Positions 8,615 through 16,163 of a stretch of 30,697 nucleotides of DNA are shown in pieces. Made by a program: the position numbers and the translations under genes. The stretch lies in UHGV virus genome UHGV-1292713; one strand, 5' to 3'. This stretch comes from a virus. Positions within the stretch are counted from its first letter, which is position 1. Every line of letters starts with the position of its first letter. Under the pieces are notes generated by a model. The model did not search any database. It saw only the letters and a program-made list of their open reading frames with translations, and was not told the DNA's origin.

Positions 8615-8953
8615 CTATTTCCCTGAATTTACGACGAAACTGTTCGAGCGGACTGAAGCACTCATGCTCATAGCCTTCGCGGAGGTAGATAACCCGTTGT
8701 GTTTCCGGTTCCCAACGAATGACTCTGACGGGCACTCCGTAGTGATCTTTGAACCAGCGGTTAACTTGTCGCAAAGGACTGTCTCCTTCTGCCGGTTGAA
8801 ATCCCCCACAGCCCACTCTGCAAAGCTGTGGGTTACAATTTCCCTGTCACCTGGTACATTCACTGCATAGCAATATTCCACCTTCGCTTTTCCACCCGGT
8901 ACAGGAAGCGCAATCAGTTGCGAGCGACGGTAGTGTGTTGTTAAACTGTTCAT
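8615..8953 (-). CDS. Hypothetical protein, possibly frameshifted (C-terminus may continue in the overlapping frame ending 8595)
   Basis: ATG at 8953 overlaps the TGA of the upstream gene (ATGA coupling). The N-terminal half looks protein-like and the tail degenerate, whereas overlapping ORF 8595..8816 has a protein-like C-terminus; a ccccc run near 8806-8810 lies in the overlap. Confidence 0.35.
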   Translation of the reverse strand: MNSLTTHYRRSQLIALPVPGGKAKVEYCYAVNVPGDREIVTHSFAEWAVGDFNRQKETVLCDKLTAGSKITTECPSESFVGNRKHNGLSTSAKAMSMSASVRSNSFVVNSGK

Positions 8954-9519
8954 GCGTTAGTTTCTCCACAACCAGAAGCAATCGACGCCACGACGCCCGG
9001 AGCTGCACACTCGCGGGCGTCATTACTTTCTGAAATGCAAAAGATTTTGTAGACCAGTGCTGCATGCTCCTGCAGCTTCGAAATTGAGAGATACAGCTCG
9101 TCGTTAATTGCTGTCTTCTCATGCGGTTCCACCACACCGTCTTCGATTGCTGAACGAATCTGTTTTGAATAACTGCCGATCTGTTCAATGACTTCCAGCA
9201 GACGCTGGTTAATATCGGCGTTGTCCACATCCTCGACGTCAGGAAGCGACACAAAGACGCCATTTGCAGACTGCGCCACAGCATCAGCAATGAAGTGAGT
9301 GCCACCAGCACGCTGTAAAACCATTGTCCATCCCAGCGGGAAAATCTGATCGCCATCTGCACGAAGGCGGTTGAATAAAGCGTTTTCTGTTACATCGAGC
9401 CAGTCAGCCGCTTCAGCGTAACCACCCGGCAACGCCGCGATAGTTTTTCTGACAGCTTTCACGTACCACTCAGGCTGTTTTTCTATTTTCCAGTGATGCT
9501 TACCCACGATTAGCCTCAT
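8950..9519 (-). CDS. CII-like / YdaT-like regulatory protein
   Basis: 189-aa ORF immediately downstream of the cro-like gene; N-terminal region is CII-like in character. Family assignment is tentative. Confidence 0.45.
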   Translation of the reverse strand: MRLIVGKHHWKIEKQPEWYVKAVRKTIAALPGGYAEAADWLDVTENALFNRLRADGDQIFPLGWTMVLQRAGGTHFIADAVAQSANGVFVSLPDVEDVDNADINQRLLEVIEQIGSYSKQIRSAIEDGVVEPHEKTAINDELYLSISKLQEHAALVYKIFCISESNDARECAAPGVVASIASGCGETNA

Positions 9520-9550
9520 CGTTCTGTGGTTAAAAATTGAAAGTGTTCTG

Positions 9551-9751
9551 CTAATCTTTCGGATAGATATCCGGTCTTAAGTCAGATTTCGTAATTGCAC
9601 CTGACGTGCATTGCTCAAGTTTTTTAGCCAGCACAAAACTGGCTTTTTTATAGCCATTGAAAACCAGCCGTAAGTAGCCAGGAGTTGAGCCAACTTTTCC
9701 GGCCAACTCGCCCTGCTGTTCTTTGGTTAAAGAGTCCCAATACGCTTTCAT
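9551..9751 (-). CDS. Cro-like / YdaS-family DNA-binding protein
   Basis: Start assigned to the ATG at 9751 (MKAYWDSLTKEQQGELAGKVGSTPGYLRLV...) with GGAGGT Shine-Dalgarno 9 nt upstream; divergent from the cI-like repressor. The ORF-track frame 9551..10054 extends upstream through non-protein-like sequence. Confidence 0.65.
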   Translation of the reverse strand: MKAYWDSLTKEQQGELAGKVGSTPGYLRLVFNGYKKASFVLAKKLEQCTSGAITKSDLRPDIYPKD

Positions 9752-9755
9752 ACAA

Positions 9756-9826
9756 TATGTACCTCCGGTGTACATATTACATGATTGAAATGAACCTTCA
9801 AGATACTTGTACCTTAACGGTACAAG
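9756..9826. promoter_or_regulatory. Divergent cro/cI control region with two TGTAC-N7-GTACA operator palindromes
   Basis: atatgtac-ctccggt-gtacatat (about 9757-9779) and cttgtacc-ttaac-ggtacaag (9806-9826) between the cro-like start (9751) and the cI-like start (9842). Confidence 0.5.
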
Positions 9827-9841
9827 GGTTTTAATTTCGTT

Positions 9842-10516
9842 ATGAAAACAATCCATGACATCCGGCGGTCTAACGCCAGAAAACTGAGAGATGGTGTTGG
9901 AGGGAATTCTTCCTTTGCCACTATGATTGATCGCGAGCCAACCCAGACCAGCAGGTTTATGGGAGATGGTGCTACTAAAAATATCGGTGACAGCATGGCA
10001 CGACACATCGAAAAATGTTTCGACCTGCCTGTCGGATGGCTCGATCAAGAACACCAGACAACGAACATCACAAAAAAACCTGATGTTTCAATCACTAATA
10101 AACAAATCACATTAGTCCCTGTCATATCATGGGTACAGGCCGGAGCATGGAAAGAAGTTGGATATTCTGAGGTTGATTTGAGCACAGCAGAAACGTATCC
10201 CTGCCCTGTACCCTGTGGGGAAATGACTTATATCTTGCGGGTGATAGGTGATTCAATGATTGATGAGTACCGCCCGGGAGACATGATTTTTGTCGATCCT
10301 GAAGTACCTGCCTGCCACGGTGACGACGTTATTGCATTGATGCACGATACAGGTGAAACCACCTTCAAAAGGTTGATAGAAGATGGGACACAGCGTTATC
10401 TCAAAGCGTTAAACCCAAACTGGCCTGAGCCTTACATTAAGATCAACGGTAATTGCTCTATAATTGGAACTGTGATTTTCTCAGGAAAACCAAGAAGATA
10501 CAAAATCAAAGCCTAA
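9842..10516 (+). CDS. cI-like prophage repressor (N-terminal HTH, C-terminal S24 LexA-type peptidase domain)
   Basis: 224-aa ORF; C-terminal RVIGDSM...GDMIFVDPEVP...GDDVIAL...TFKRL is the S24 autopeptidase signature; divergent from the cro-like gene. Confidence 0.8.
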   Translation: MKTIHDIRRSNARKLRDGVGGNSSFATMIDREPTQTSRFMGDGATKNIGDSMARHIEKCFDLPVGWLDQEHQTTNITKKPDVSITNKQITLVPVISWVQAGAWKEVGYSEVDLSTAETYPCPVPCGEMTYILRVIGDSMIDEYRPGDMIFVDPEVPACHGDDVIALMHDTGETTFKRLIEDGTQRYLKALNPNWPEPYIKINGNCSIIGTVIFSGKPRRYKIKA

Positions 10517-10528
10517 TCAATGTTTATG

Positions 10529-10552
10529 AACCTGCTTCGGCAGGTTTTTTTA
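10529..10552 (+). terminator. Rho-independent terminator after the repressor gene
   Basis: aacctgc-ttcg-gcaggtt hairpin followed by a T7 run, 13 nt after the cI-like stop. Confidence 0.65.
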
Positions 10553-10555
10553 TAC

Positions 10556-10583
10556 TTGACAATGTACCTATGAGATACATAAT
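10556..10583 (+). promoter_or_regulatory. PL-like promoter (TTGACA-N16-CATAAT) with an operator-like half-palindrome in the spacer
   Basis: Consensus -35 TTGACA at 10556-10561 and -10 CATAAT at 10578-10583; the spacer contains TGTAC-N7-ATACA, resembling the cro/cI operators. Confidence 0.5.
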
Positions 10584-10661
10584 GTACCCAAGAGAAACAA
10601 CAAACAGGCAGGACGCCCACGAAGTAGCCGCCTGGGGCATATGAAGTCCAGGATGATTCGT

Positions 10662-10691
10662 TAGCAACAAAAAAGCGCCCTACAGGACGCT
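10662..10691 (-). terminator. Rho-independent terminator for the convergent zinc-ribbon gene
   Basis: Read on the minus strand: agcgtcc-tgta-gggcgct hairpin (one G-U pair) followed by ttttttgttg; 40 nt after the stop at 10731. Confidence 0.55.
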
Positions 10692-10730
10692 TAGCTCTTT
10701 AACAATCTGGATATCCACAACAGTAGTAAT

Positions 10731-11222
10731 CTACAGATTGCCGTTAAGTTTTCTGGACAACTCCTCAATGGATGGAGGCGATACGTAATCCGGATTTTTA
10801 TTCATCAGAAACTTATTTTCACAGTGGAGGCACCTGCTTTTATGAAAAAGCTCATCTTCGCTAACCGGGAATGGTTGAAGTATCGATACTATCTTTTGTC
10901 CAAAACATTTTGGGCAAAGATGCATGGTTATGCTGCCACCGTTCACGATTACCTCCTTCGAGTATACAAAAGTACCCGACTCAAGTTGGTTAAGGATATA
11001 GCCTTCCGTCTGAGCCTCAAAGTTTTCGAATTCTGCAATTTTAGCTTTGAGAGAAGCATTTATTTCTTGATAAGAGCCCACCAGTTCAACGAGAGACACG
11101 CATTCGCGCTGAATAGACGCAAGCTTTGAGTTCAGCTCACCAATAGCCGCATTTACTTCAGCTTGAGTTTTTGCCTCGTTCATTAGTTTTGCAATCTGGG
11201 CTGTTTCACGAATAGCCGTCAT
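10731..11222 (-). CDS. Hypothetical coiled-coil protein with C-terminal zinc ribbon, at the locus where lambda carries rexAB
   Basis: Start assigned to ATG at 11222 (MTAIRETAQ...), 164 aa; the ORF-track frame extends to 11510 through non-protein-like sequence. N-terminal ~80 aa predicted coiled coil; CPKC...CLHC pair; AT-rich; own terminator; convergent with cI. Confidence 0.6.
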   Translation of the reverse strand: MTAIRETAQIAKLMNEAKTQAEVNAAIGELNSKLASIQRECVSLVELVGSYQEINASLKAKIAEFENFEAQTEGYILNQLESGTFVYSKEVIVNGGSITMHLCPKCFGQKIVSILQPFPVSEDELFHKSRCLHCENKFLMNKNPDYVSPPSIEELSRKLNGNL

Positions 11223-11534
11223 TGCTGCCGTTAATTCAGCGATCACATTGAATACTCTTATTGTTGTTGGGGATATCCAGATTAACCGAATCCTTGTTGT
11301 TGGGGAATAACCAGGTCCACCTCGCCTGATGTGGCTAAAAGCAGGCACATAACAGCTAAGTATTTTCAACCAGAGAGAATCCTTAGCGTTGTGGTGAATG
11401 CGGCTCAGCGCACGCGGGTTAAGGTTGAGGCTGACAGTCGACCTTCTGTGGATACCCACCCGCCTGGTGTGCAACCTTCGCCAGGCACCGGGAGGCACCC
11501 GGCACCACAAGTTTATGCTGTGTGTAGTCCTGGC

Positions 11535-11580
11535 GGTACCAGTTTGTACCCTTGCTTCCGGCTGGTACCGTCCTTTTTTG
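11535..11580 (+). terminator. Terminator-like hairpin in the early-left leader
   Basis: 8-bp stem ggtaccag / ctggtacc (11535-11542, 11562-11569) with 19-nt loop, followed by gtcc + T6 (11574-11579). Confidence 0.4.
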
Positions 11581-11716
11581 CAAAACAGAGAAGAGCATCA
11601 CCGGACGACGGGCTCATAACCCAATCCATCCGGGCGGCTGCCACCGCAGGTGTTCTTCTCTGTTTTGTGGAGAAACCAACCGACCTTGCAGGGTCGATAT
11701 GATGAGGAGCAGCAAA

Positions 11717-12079
11717 ATGGCTAGCGAACGCAGTACTGATGTGCAGGCATTTATCGGGGAGCTGGACGGCGGCGTATTTGAAACCAAAATCGGCGCAGTT
11801 CTCAGTGAGGTCGCTTCCGGTGTGATGAACACGAAAACCAAAGGGAAGGTCTCACTCAATCTGGAAATCGAACCGTTTGATGAGAACCGTGTGAAAATCA
11901 AACACAAACTCTCATATGTTCGCCCAACTAACCGCGGGAAAATTTCCGAAGAAGACACCACCGAAACGCCGATGTATGTCAATCGCGGTGGTCGCCTGAC
12001 TATTCTGCAGGAAGACCAGGGACAATTACTGACTCTTGCCGGTGAACCTGACGGAAAACTCCGCGCAGCAGGTCGTTAA
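11717..12079 (+). CDS. Hypothetical early-left protein (YfdP-like by recollection)
   Basis: Start at ATG 11717 (MASERSTDVQ...) with GAGGAG Shine-Dalgarno upstream; 120 aa; first gene after the structured leader. Confidence 0.55.
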   Translation: MASERSTDVQAFIGELDGGVFETKIGAVLSEVASGVMNTKTKGKVSLNLEIEPFDENRVKIKHKLSYVRPTNRGKISEEDTTETPMYVNRGGRLTILQEDQGQLLTLAGEPDGKLRAAGR

Positions 12080-12144
12080 TATCGTTCGTAATAAACTGAT
12101 TATTTATCTCATCACTGAATATCTTTATATAGTGAGGACTTATT

Positions 12145-12969
12145 ATGTCTCAGAACTTAGACGCAACCGCAATTAATCAAATCCATGCCCTTATTTCTGC
12201 TCAGGGTGTTAATGAAATTATCAGTAAGATTGGTGCCGATGCTGTGGCATTGCCTGAGAATTTCCGCATTCATGATCTGGAAAAATTTAATTTAAATCGC
12301 TTCCGTTTCCGTGGTGCACTTTCCACTGCCAGCATCGATGATTTTACCCGTTATTCTAAAGATCTTGCAGATGAAGGCACCCGCTGCTTTATCGATGCCG
12401 ATAATATGCGTGCCGTCAGTGTGCTTAACCTGGGTACTATTGATGAGCCAGGTCACGCAGATAACACTGCCACTCTCAAACTGAAAAAGACAGCACCGTT
12501 CTCTGCTCTGTTGTCTGTTAACGGCGAGCGTAACTCCCAGAAGTCACTGGCAGAATGGATCGAAGACTGGGCCGACTACCTTGTGGGCTTTGATGCTAAT
12601 GGTGACGCCATTCAAGCAACAAAAGCGGCTGCGGCAGTCCGTAAAATCACGATTGAAGCAAACCAGACCGCTGATTTTGAAGATAATGACTTCAGCGGCA
12701 AACGCTCCCTGATGGAGTCTGTCGAAGCGAAGACCAAAGACATTATGCCAGTGGCATTTGAATTTAAATGCGTTCCGTTTGAAGGTCTGAAAGAACGTCC
12801 GTTTAAATTACGCCTCAGCATTATCACTGGCGATCGTCCTGTACTGGTTCTGCGCATTATTCAGCTGGAAGCGGTGCAGGAAGAAATGGCTAACGAATTT
12901 CGTGATCTGCTTGTTGAGAAATTCAAAGACAGCAAAGTAGAAACCTTTATTGGTACTTTCACCGCCTGA
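12145..12969 (+). CDS. yfdQ: DUF2303 / YfdQ-family protein
   Basis: 274-aa ORF with GAGGA Shine-Dalgarno; size and sequence match my recollection of CPS-53 YfdQ. Not database-verified. Confidence 0.65.
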   Translation: MSQNLDATAINQIHALISAQGVNEIISKIGADAVALPENFRIHDLEKFNLNRFRFRGALSTASIDDFTRYSKDLADEGTRCFIDADNMRAVSVLNLGTIDEPGHADNTATLKLKKTAPFSALLSVNGERNSQKSLAEWIEDWADYLVGFDANGDAIQATKAAAAVRKITIEANQTADFEDNDFSGKRSLMESVEAKTKDIMPVAFEFKCVPFEGLKERPFKLRLSIITGDRPVLVLRIIQLEAVQEEMANEFRDLLVEKFKDSKVETFIGTFTA

Positions 12970-12977
12970 TTTCATTA

Positions 12978-12999
12978 CTGCAAATGCCCCTGCGGGGGC
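12978..12999 (+). terminator. Possible terminator/attenuator hairpin after the YfdQ-like gene
   Basis: Perfect 9-bp stem aaatgcccc / ggggcattt with 4-nt loop; weak U-tract. Confidence 0.3.
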
Positions 13000-13096
13000 A
13001 TTTATGGAAACGTAATTAACTCAATAATCACCGGATGGTGAGGGCTTCCTTTTACCAGAATTCAGCGCGGTGCAGTGCATATACGTGGAGAACAAA

Positions 13097-13633
13097 ATGT
13101 CATTTATTAAAACTTTTTCCGGGAAGCATTTTTATTATGACAAGATAAATAAAGACGACATCGATATTAACGATATCGCGGTTTCCCTTTCAAATATCTG
13201 TCGCTTTGCCGGTCATCTTTCGCACTTCTACAGCGTCGCCCAACATGCGGTTCTTTGCAGCCAGCTGGTGCCGCAGGAATTTGCTTTTGAAGCGTTAATG
13301 CATGATGCAACAGAAGCGTATTGCCAGGACATTCCCGCACCACTGAAACGCCTTCTTCCTGACTATAAACGGATGGAAGAAAAAATAGACGCCGTAATCC
13401 GTGAGAAATACGGGTTACCCCCAGTTATGAGTACACCCGTGAAATATGCCGATCTCATCATGCTGGCAACCGAACGCCGCGATCTCGGGCTTGATGATGG
13501 CTCTTTCTGGCCTGTACTGGAAGGCATCCCGGCAACAGAGATGTTCAACGTGATTCCACTGGCACCGGGTCATGCCTACGGGATGTTTATGGAACGTTTT
13601 AACGATTTATCGGAGTTACGCAAATGCGCATGA
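13097..13633 (+). CDS. yfdR: HD-domain phosphohydrolase (YfdR-like 5'-deoxynucleotidase)
   Basis: Start at ATG 13097 (MSFIKTFSGK...) with GGAG Shine-Dalgarno; HD motif region (HLSHFYSVAQH...HDATE); 178 aa. Confidence 0.75.
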   Translation: MSFIKTFSGKHFYYDKINKDDIDINDIAVSLSNICRFAGHLSHFYSVAQHAVLCSQLVPQEFAFEALMHDATEAYCQDIPAPLKRLLPDYKRMEEKIDAVIREKYGLPPVMSTPVKYADLIMLATERRDLGLDDGSFWPVLEGIPATEMFNVIPLAPGHAYGMFMERFNDLSELRKCA

Positions 13634-13986
13634 ATGTTTTCGAAATGGAAGGGTTTCTTCGCGGGAAATGTGTACCGCGAGATCTGAAAGTGAACGAAAC
13701 AAATGCTGAGTACCTGTTACGTAAATTCGACGCGCTTGAAGCTAAATGTGCGGCACTGGAAAACAAAATAATACCAGTGTCAGCTGAACTGCCACCAGCA
13801 AATGAAAGTGTTCTGTTATTTGATGCTAATGGAGAAGGCTGGCTGATTGGCTGGCGTTCTCTCTGGTACACCTGGGGACAAAAAGAAACCGGAGAATGGC
13901 AGTGGACATTTCAGGTCGGGGACCTTGAAAACGTCAATATCACTCACTGGGCAGTAATGCCAAAAGCACCGGAGGCTGGAGCATAA
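13624..13986 (+). CDS. Hypothetical protein (YfdS-like)
   Basis: 120-aa ORF; start overlaps the yfdR-like stop. Confidence 0.55.
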   Translation: MRMNVFEMEGFLRGKCVPRDLKVNETNAEYLLRKFDALEAKCAALENKIIPVSAELPPANESVLLFDANGEGWLIGWRSLWYTWGQKETGEWQWTFQVGDLENVNITHWAVMPKAPEAGA

Positions 13987-14291
13987 TGACCACATTTACC
14001 AATAAAGAACTGATTAAAGAAATCAAAGAACGAATCAGCAGCCTAGAGGTTCGAGACGATATTGAGCGCCGTGCTTATGAAATCGCACTCGTATCTCTGG
14101 AAGTAGAGCCAGATGAACGCGAAGCCTATGAATTATTCATGGAAAAGCGTTTCGGTGACTTAGTAGATCGTCGGAGAGCAAAAAACGGCGATAACGAATA
14201 CATGGCATGGGATATGACTCTCGGTTGGATCGTCTGGCAGCAACGAGCTGGTATCCATTTTTCAACAATGTCACAGCAAGAGGTGAAATAA
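13986..14291 (+). CDS. Hypothetical protein (YfdT-like)
   Basis: 101-aa ORF; TAATG overlap with the upstream gene. Confidence 0.55.
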   Translation: MTTFTNKELIKEIKERISSLEVRDDIERRAYEIALVSLEVEPDEREAYELFMEKRFGDLVDRRRAKNGDNEYMAWDMTLGWIVWQQRAGIHFSTMSQQEVK

Positions 14292-14662
14292 TGGAGCCAT
14301 ACAGCCTCACACTCGATGAGGCCTGTCATTTTCTCAAAATATCCAGACCGACTGCCATTAACTGGATACGCACAGGCCGCCTACAGGCAACACGTAAAGA
14401 TCCAACCAAGCAAAAATCTCCTTACCTCACAACACGGCAAGCTTGCATTGCGGCGCTTCAGTCTCCGCTGCATACTGTCCAGGTGAGCGCGGGTGATGGC
14501 ATAACAGAGGAAAGAAAATGTCACTCTTCCGCAGAAATGAAATATGGTATGCCTCGTATTCGCTCCCGGGCGGGAAACGAATTAAGGAATCTCTTGGCAC
14601 AAAGGACAAGCGGCAAGCTCAGGAGTTGCACGACAAGCGAAAAGCAGAACTCTGGCGAGTAG
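14291..14662 (+). CDS. Excisionase-like (AlpA/Xis family HTH); 3' extent uncertain
   Basis: Start at ATG 14291 ([31 protein letters not shown]...), overlapping the upstream stop. The frame stays open to 14662, overlapping the integrase start at 14518; the functional product may be shorter. Confidence 0.45.
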   Translation: MEPYSLTLDEACHFLKISRPTAINWIRTGRLQATRKDPTKQKSPYLTTRQACIAALQSPLHTVQVSAGDGITEERKCHSSAEMKYGMPRIRSRAGNELRNLLAQRTSGKLRSCTTSEKQNSGE

Positions 14663-15681
14663 AAAAGCTAGGGGATTTACCTGATGTCACTTTTGAAGAG
14701 GCCTGCCTAAGATGGCTTGAGGAAAAAGCTGATAAAAAATCTCTCGATTCAGATAAAAGCCGGATTGAGTTCTGGCTTGAACATTTTGAGGGTATAAGGC
14801 TTAAAGATATCTCGGAGGCAAAGATTTACTCTGCTGTAAGCAGAATGCATAACAGAAAGACGAAAGAAATATGGAAACAGAAAGTTCAGGCCGCCATCAG
14901 GAAAGGTAAAGAACCGCCTGTTTATGAACCAAAGCCAGTATCAACTCAGACAAAGGCAAAGCATCTTGCCATGATAAAGGCCATTCTCCGTGCTGCAGAA
15001 CGCGACTGGAAGTGGCTGGAAAAAGCGCCTGTCATCAAGATACCAGCGGTCAGAAACAAGCGAGTCAGATGGCTGGAAAAGGAGGAAGCAAAACGCCTTA
15101 TTGATGAGTGCCCCGAACCACTGAAATCTGTCGTCAAGTTTGCGCTGGCAACTGGTCTGAGAAAGTCGAACATCATAAATCTGGAATGGCAACAAATCGA
15201 CATGCAGCGACGAGTTGCCTGGGTGAATCCAGAAGAGAGCAAATCAAACCGCGCCATTGGTGTGGCGCTGAACGATACCGCCTGTAAAGTGTTGCGTGAT
15301 CAAATAGGCAAGCATCACAAATGGGTGTTTGTACATACCAAGGCGGCTAAGCGAGCAGATGGAACATCAACGCCTGCGGTCAGGAAGATGCGCATCGACA
15401 GCAAGACATCATGGCTATCAGCTTGTCGTCGTGCAGGAATTGAAGATTTCCGTTTCCATGACCTCAGACACACCTGGGCAAGCTGGCTGATCCAGTCAGG
15501 CGTCCCATTATCTGTGCTTCAGGAAATGGGCGGATGGGAGTCCATAGAAATGGTTCGTAGGTATGCTCACCTTGCGCCTAATCATTTGACAGAGCATGCA
15601 AGGAAAATAGACGACATTTTTGGTGATAATGTCCCAAATATGTCCCACTGTGGAATTATGGAGGATATAAAGAAGGCGTAA
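14518..15681 (+). CDS. int: Tyrosine site-specific integrase (DLP12 IntD-like, tRNA-Arg-targeting)
   Basis: 387-aa ORF with the C-terminal catalytic signature ([10 protein letters not shown]...VRRYAHL); immediately followed by a tRNA-Arg 3' fragment. Confidence 0.9.
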   Translation: MSLFRRNEIWYASYSLPGGKRIKESLGTKDKRQAQELHDKRKAELWRVEKLGDLPDVTFEEACLRWLEEKADKKSLDSDKSRIEFWLEHFEGIRLKDISEAKIYSAVSRMHNRKTKEIWKQKVQAAIRKGKEPPVYEPKPVSTQTKAKHLAMIKAILRAAERDWKWLEKAPVIKIPAVRNKRVRWLEKEEAKRLIDECPEPLKSVVKFALATGLRKSNIINLEWQQIDMQRRVAWVNPEESKSNRAIGVALNDTACKVLRDQIGKHHKWVFVHTKAAKRADGTSTPAVRKMRIDSKTSWLSACRRAGIEDFRFHDLRHTWASWLIQSGVPLSVLQEMGGWESIEMVRRYAHLAPNHLTEHARKIDDIFGDNVPNMSHCGIMEDIKKA

Positions 15682-15696
15682 CTGATTGAATTGTAA

Positions 15697-15741
15697 TGGC
15701 GCGCCCTGCAGGATTCGAACCTGCGGCCCACGACTTAGAAG
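15697..15741 (-). other. Attachment-site core: 3' 45 nt of tRNA-Arg(UCU) (argU-like), partial tRNA
   Basis: Reverse complement reads cttctaagtcgtgggccgcaggttcgaatcctgcagggcgcgcca, i.e. anticodon loop with TCT, T-arm GCAGG-TTCGAAT-CCTGC, acceptor 3' strand and CCA. The 5' half of the tRNA is absent; the sequence diverges after the anticodon loop. Confidence 0.75.
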
Positions 15742-16163
15742 TTCCTAGAACGACATTTTAAGTCAACAAATTACCGCGCCATCTCTGCGCTCACACGTCC
15801 CACTACCTCAAAACATGTAAAGCCTTGCAAGCCATTGTGAGGCCTTATGTGTCTCAGTTTTGTCCCTCTTTTTTGTACTAAAAAACATAGCAATTGAGGA
15901 TAAACCTCATGCTATTTTCGCTTATATGCCTTTAAAGGCATGGCGCTTAAATAGATAAAAACACCACAAAAGCATAAAAAACCACACAGTAAAACCGCAA
16001 CATAAAACAATAACAGATAATTAAACCAAAAACAGATAGCGCATTGTGATAATCATTCAATACTAAACAAAATATAAACAGTGGAGCAATATGTGATTGA
16101 CTCATTAAGTTAGATATAAAAAATACATATTCAATCATTAAAACGATTGAATGGAGAACTTTT

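Noticed and set aside
8847-9362. 171-aa minus-strand ORF in an alternative frame overlapping the CII/YdaT-like gene
   Set aside because: Trp/Cys/Arg-rich non-protein-like composition; overlaps the better-supported, translationally coupled 189-aa ORF.
11331-11702. 123-aa plus-strand ORF as a possible N-like antiterminator
   Set aside because: No arginine-rich N-terminal motif; Pro/Gly-rich non-protein-like composition; it coincides with strongly structured sequence better explained as RNA. Other overlapping ORFs in the track (11398..11619, 11419..11601, 11614..11982) are rejected likewise.
15697-15775. Intact tRNA-Arg gene
   Set aside because: Only the 3' 45 nt match a tRNA; the region that should form the D-arm and acceptor 5' strand does not pair with the 3' acceptor strand.
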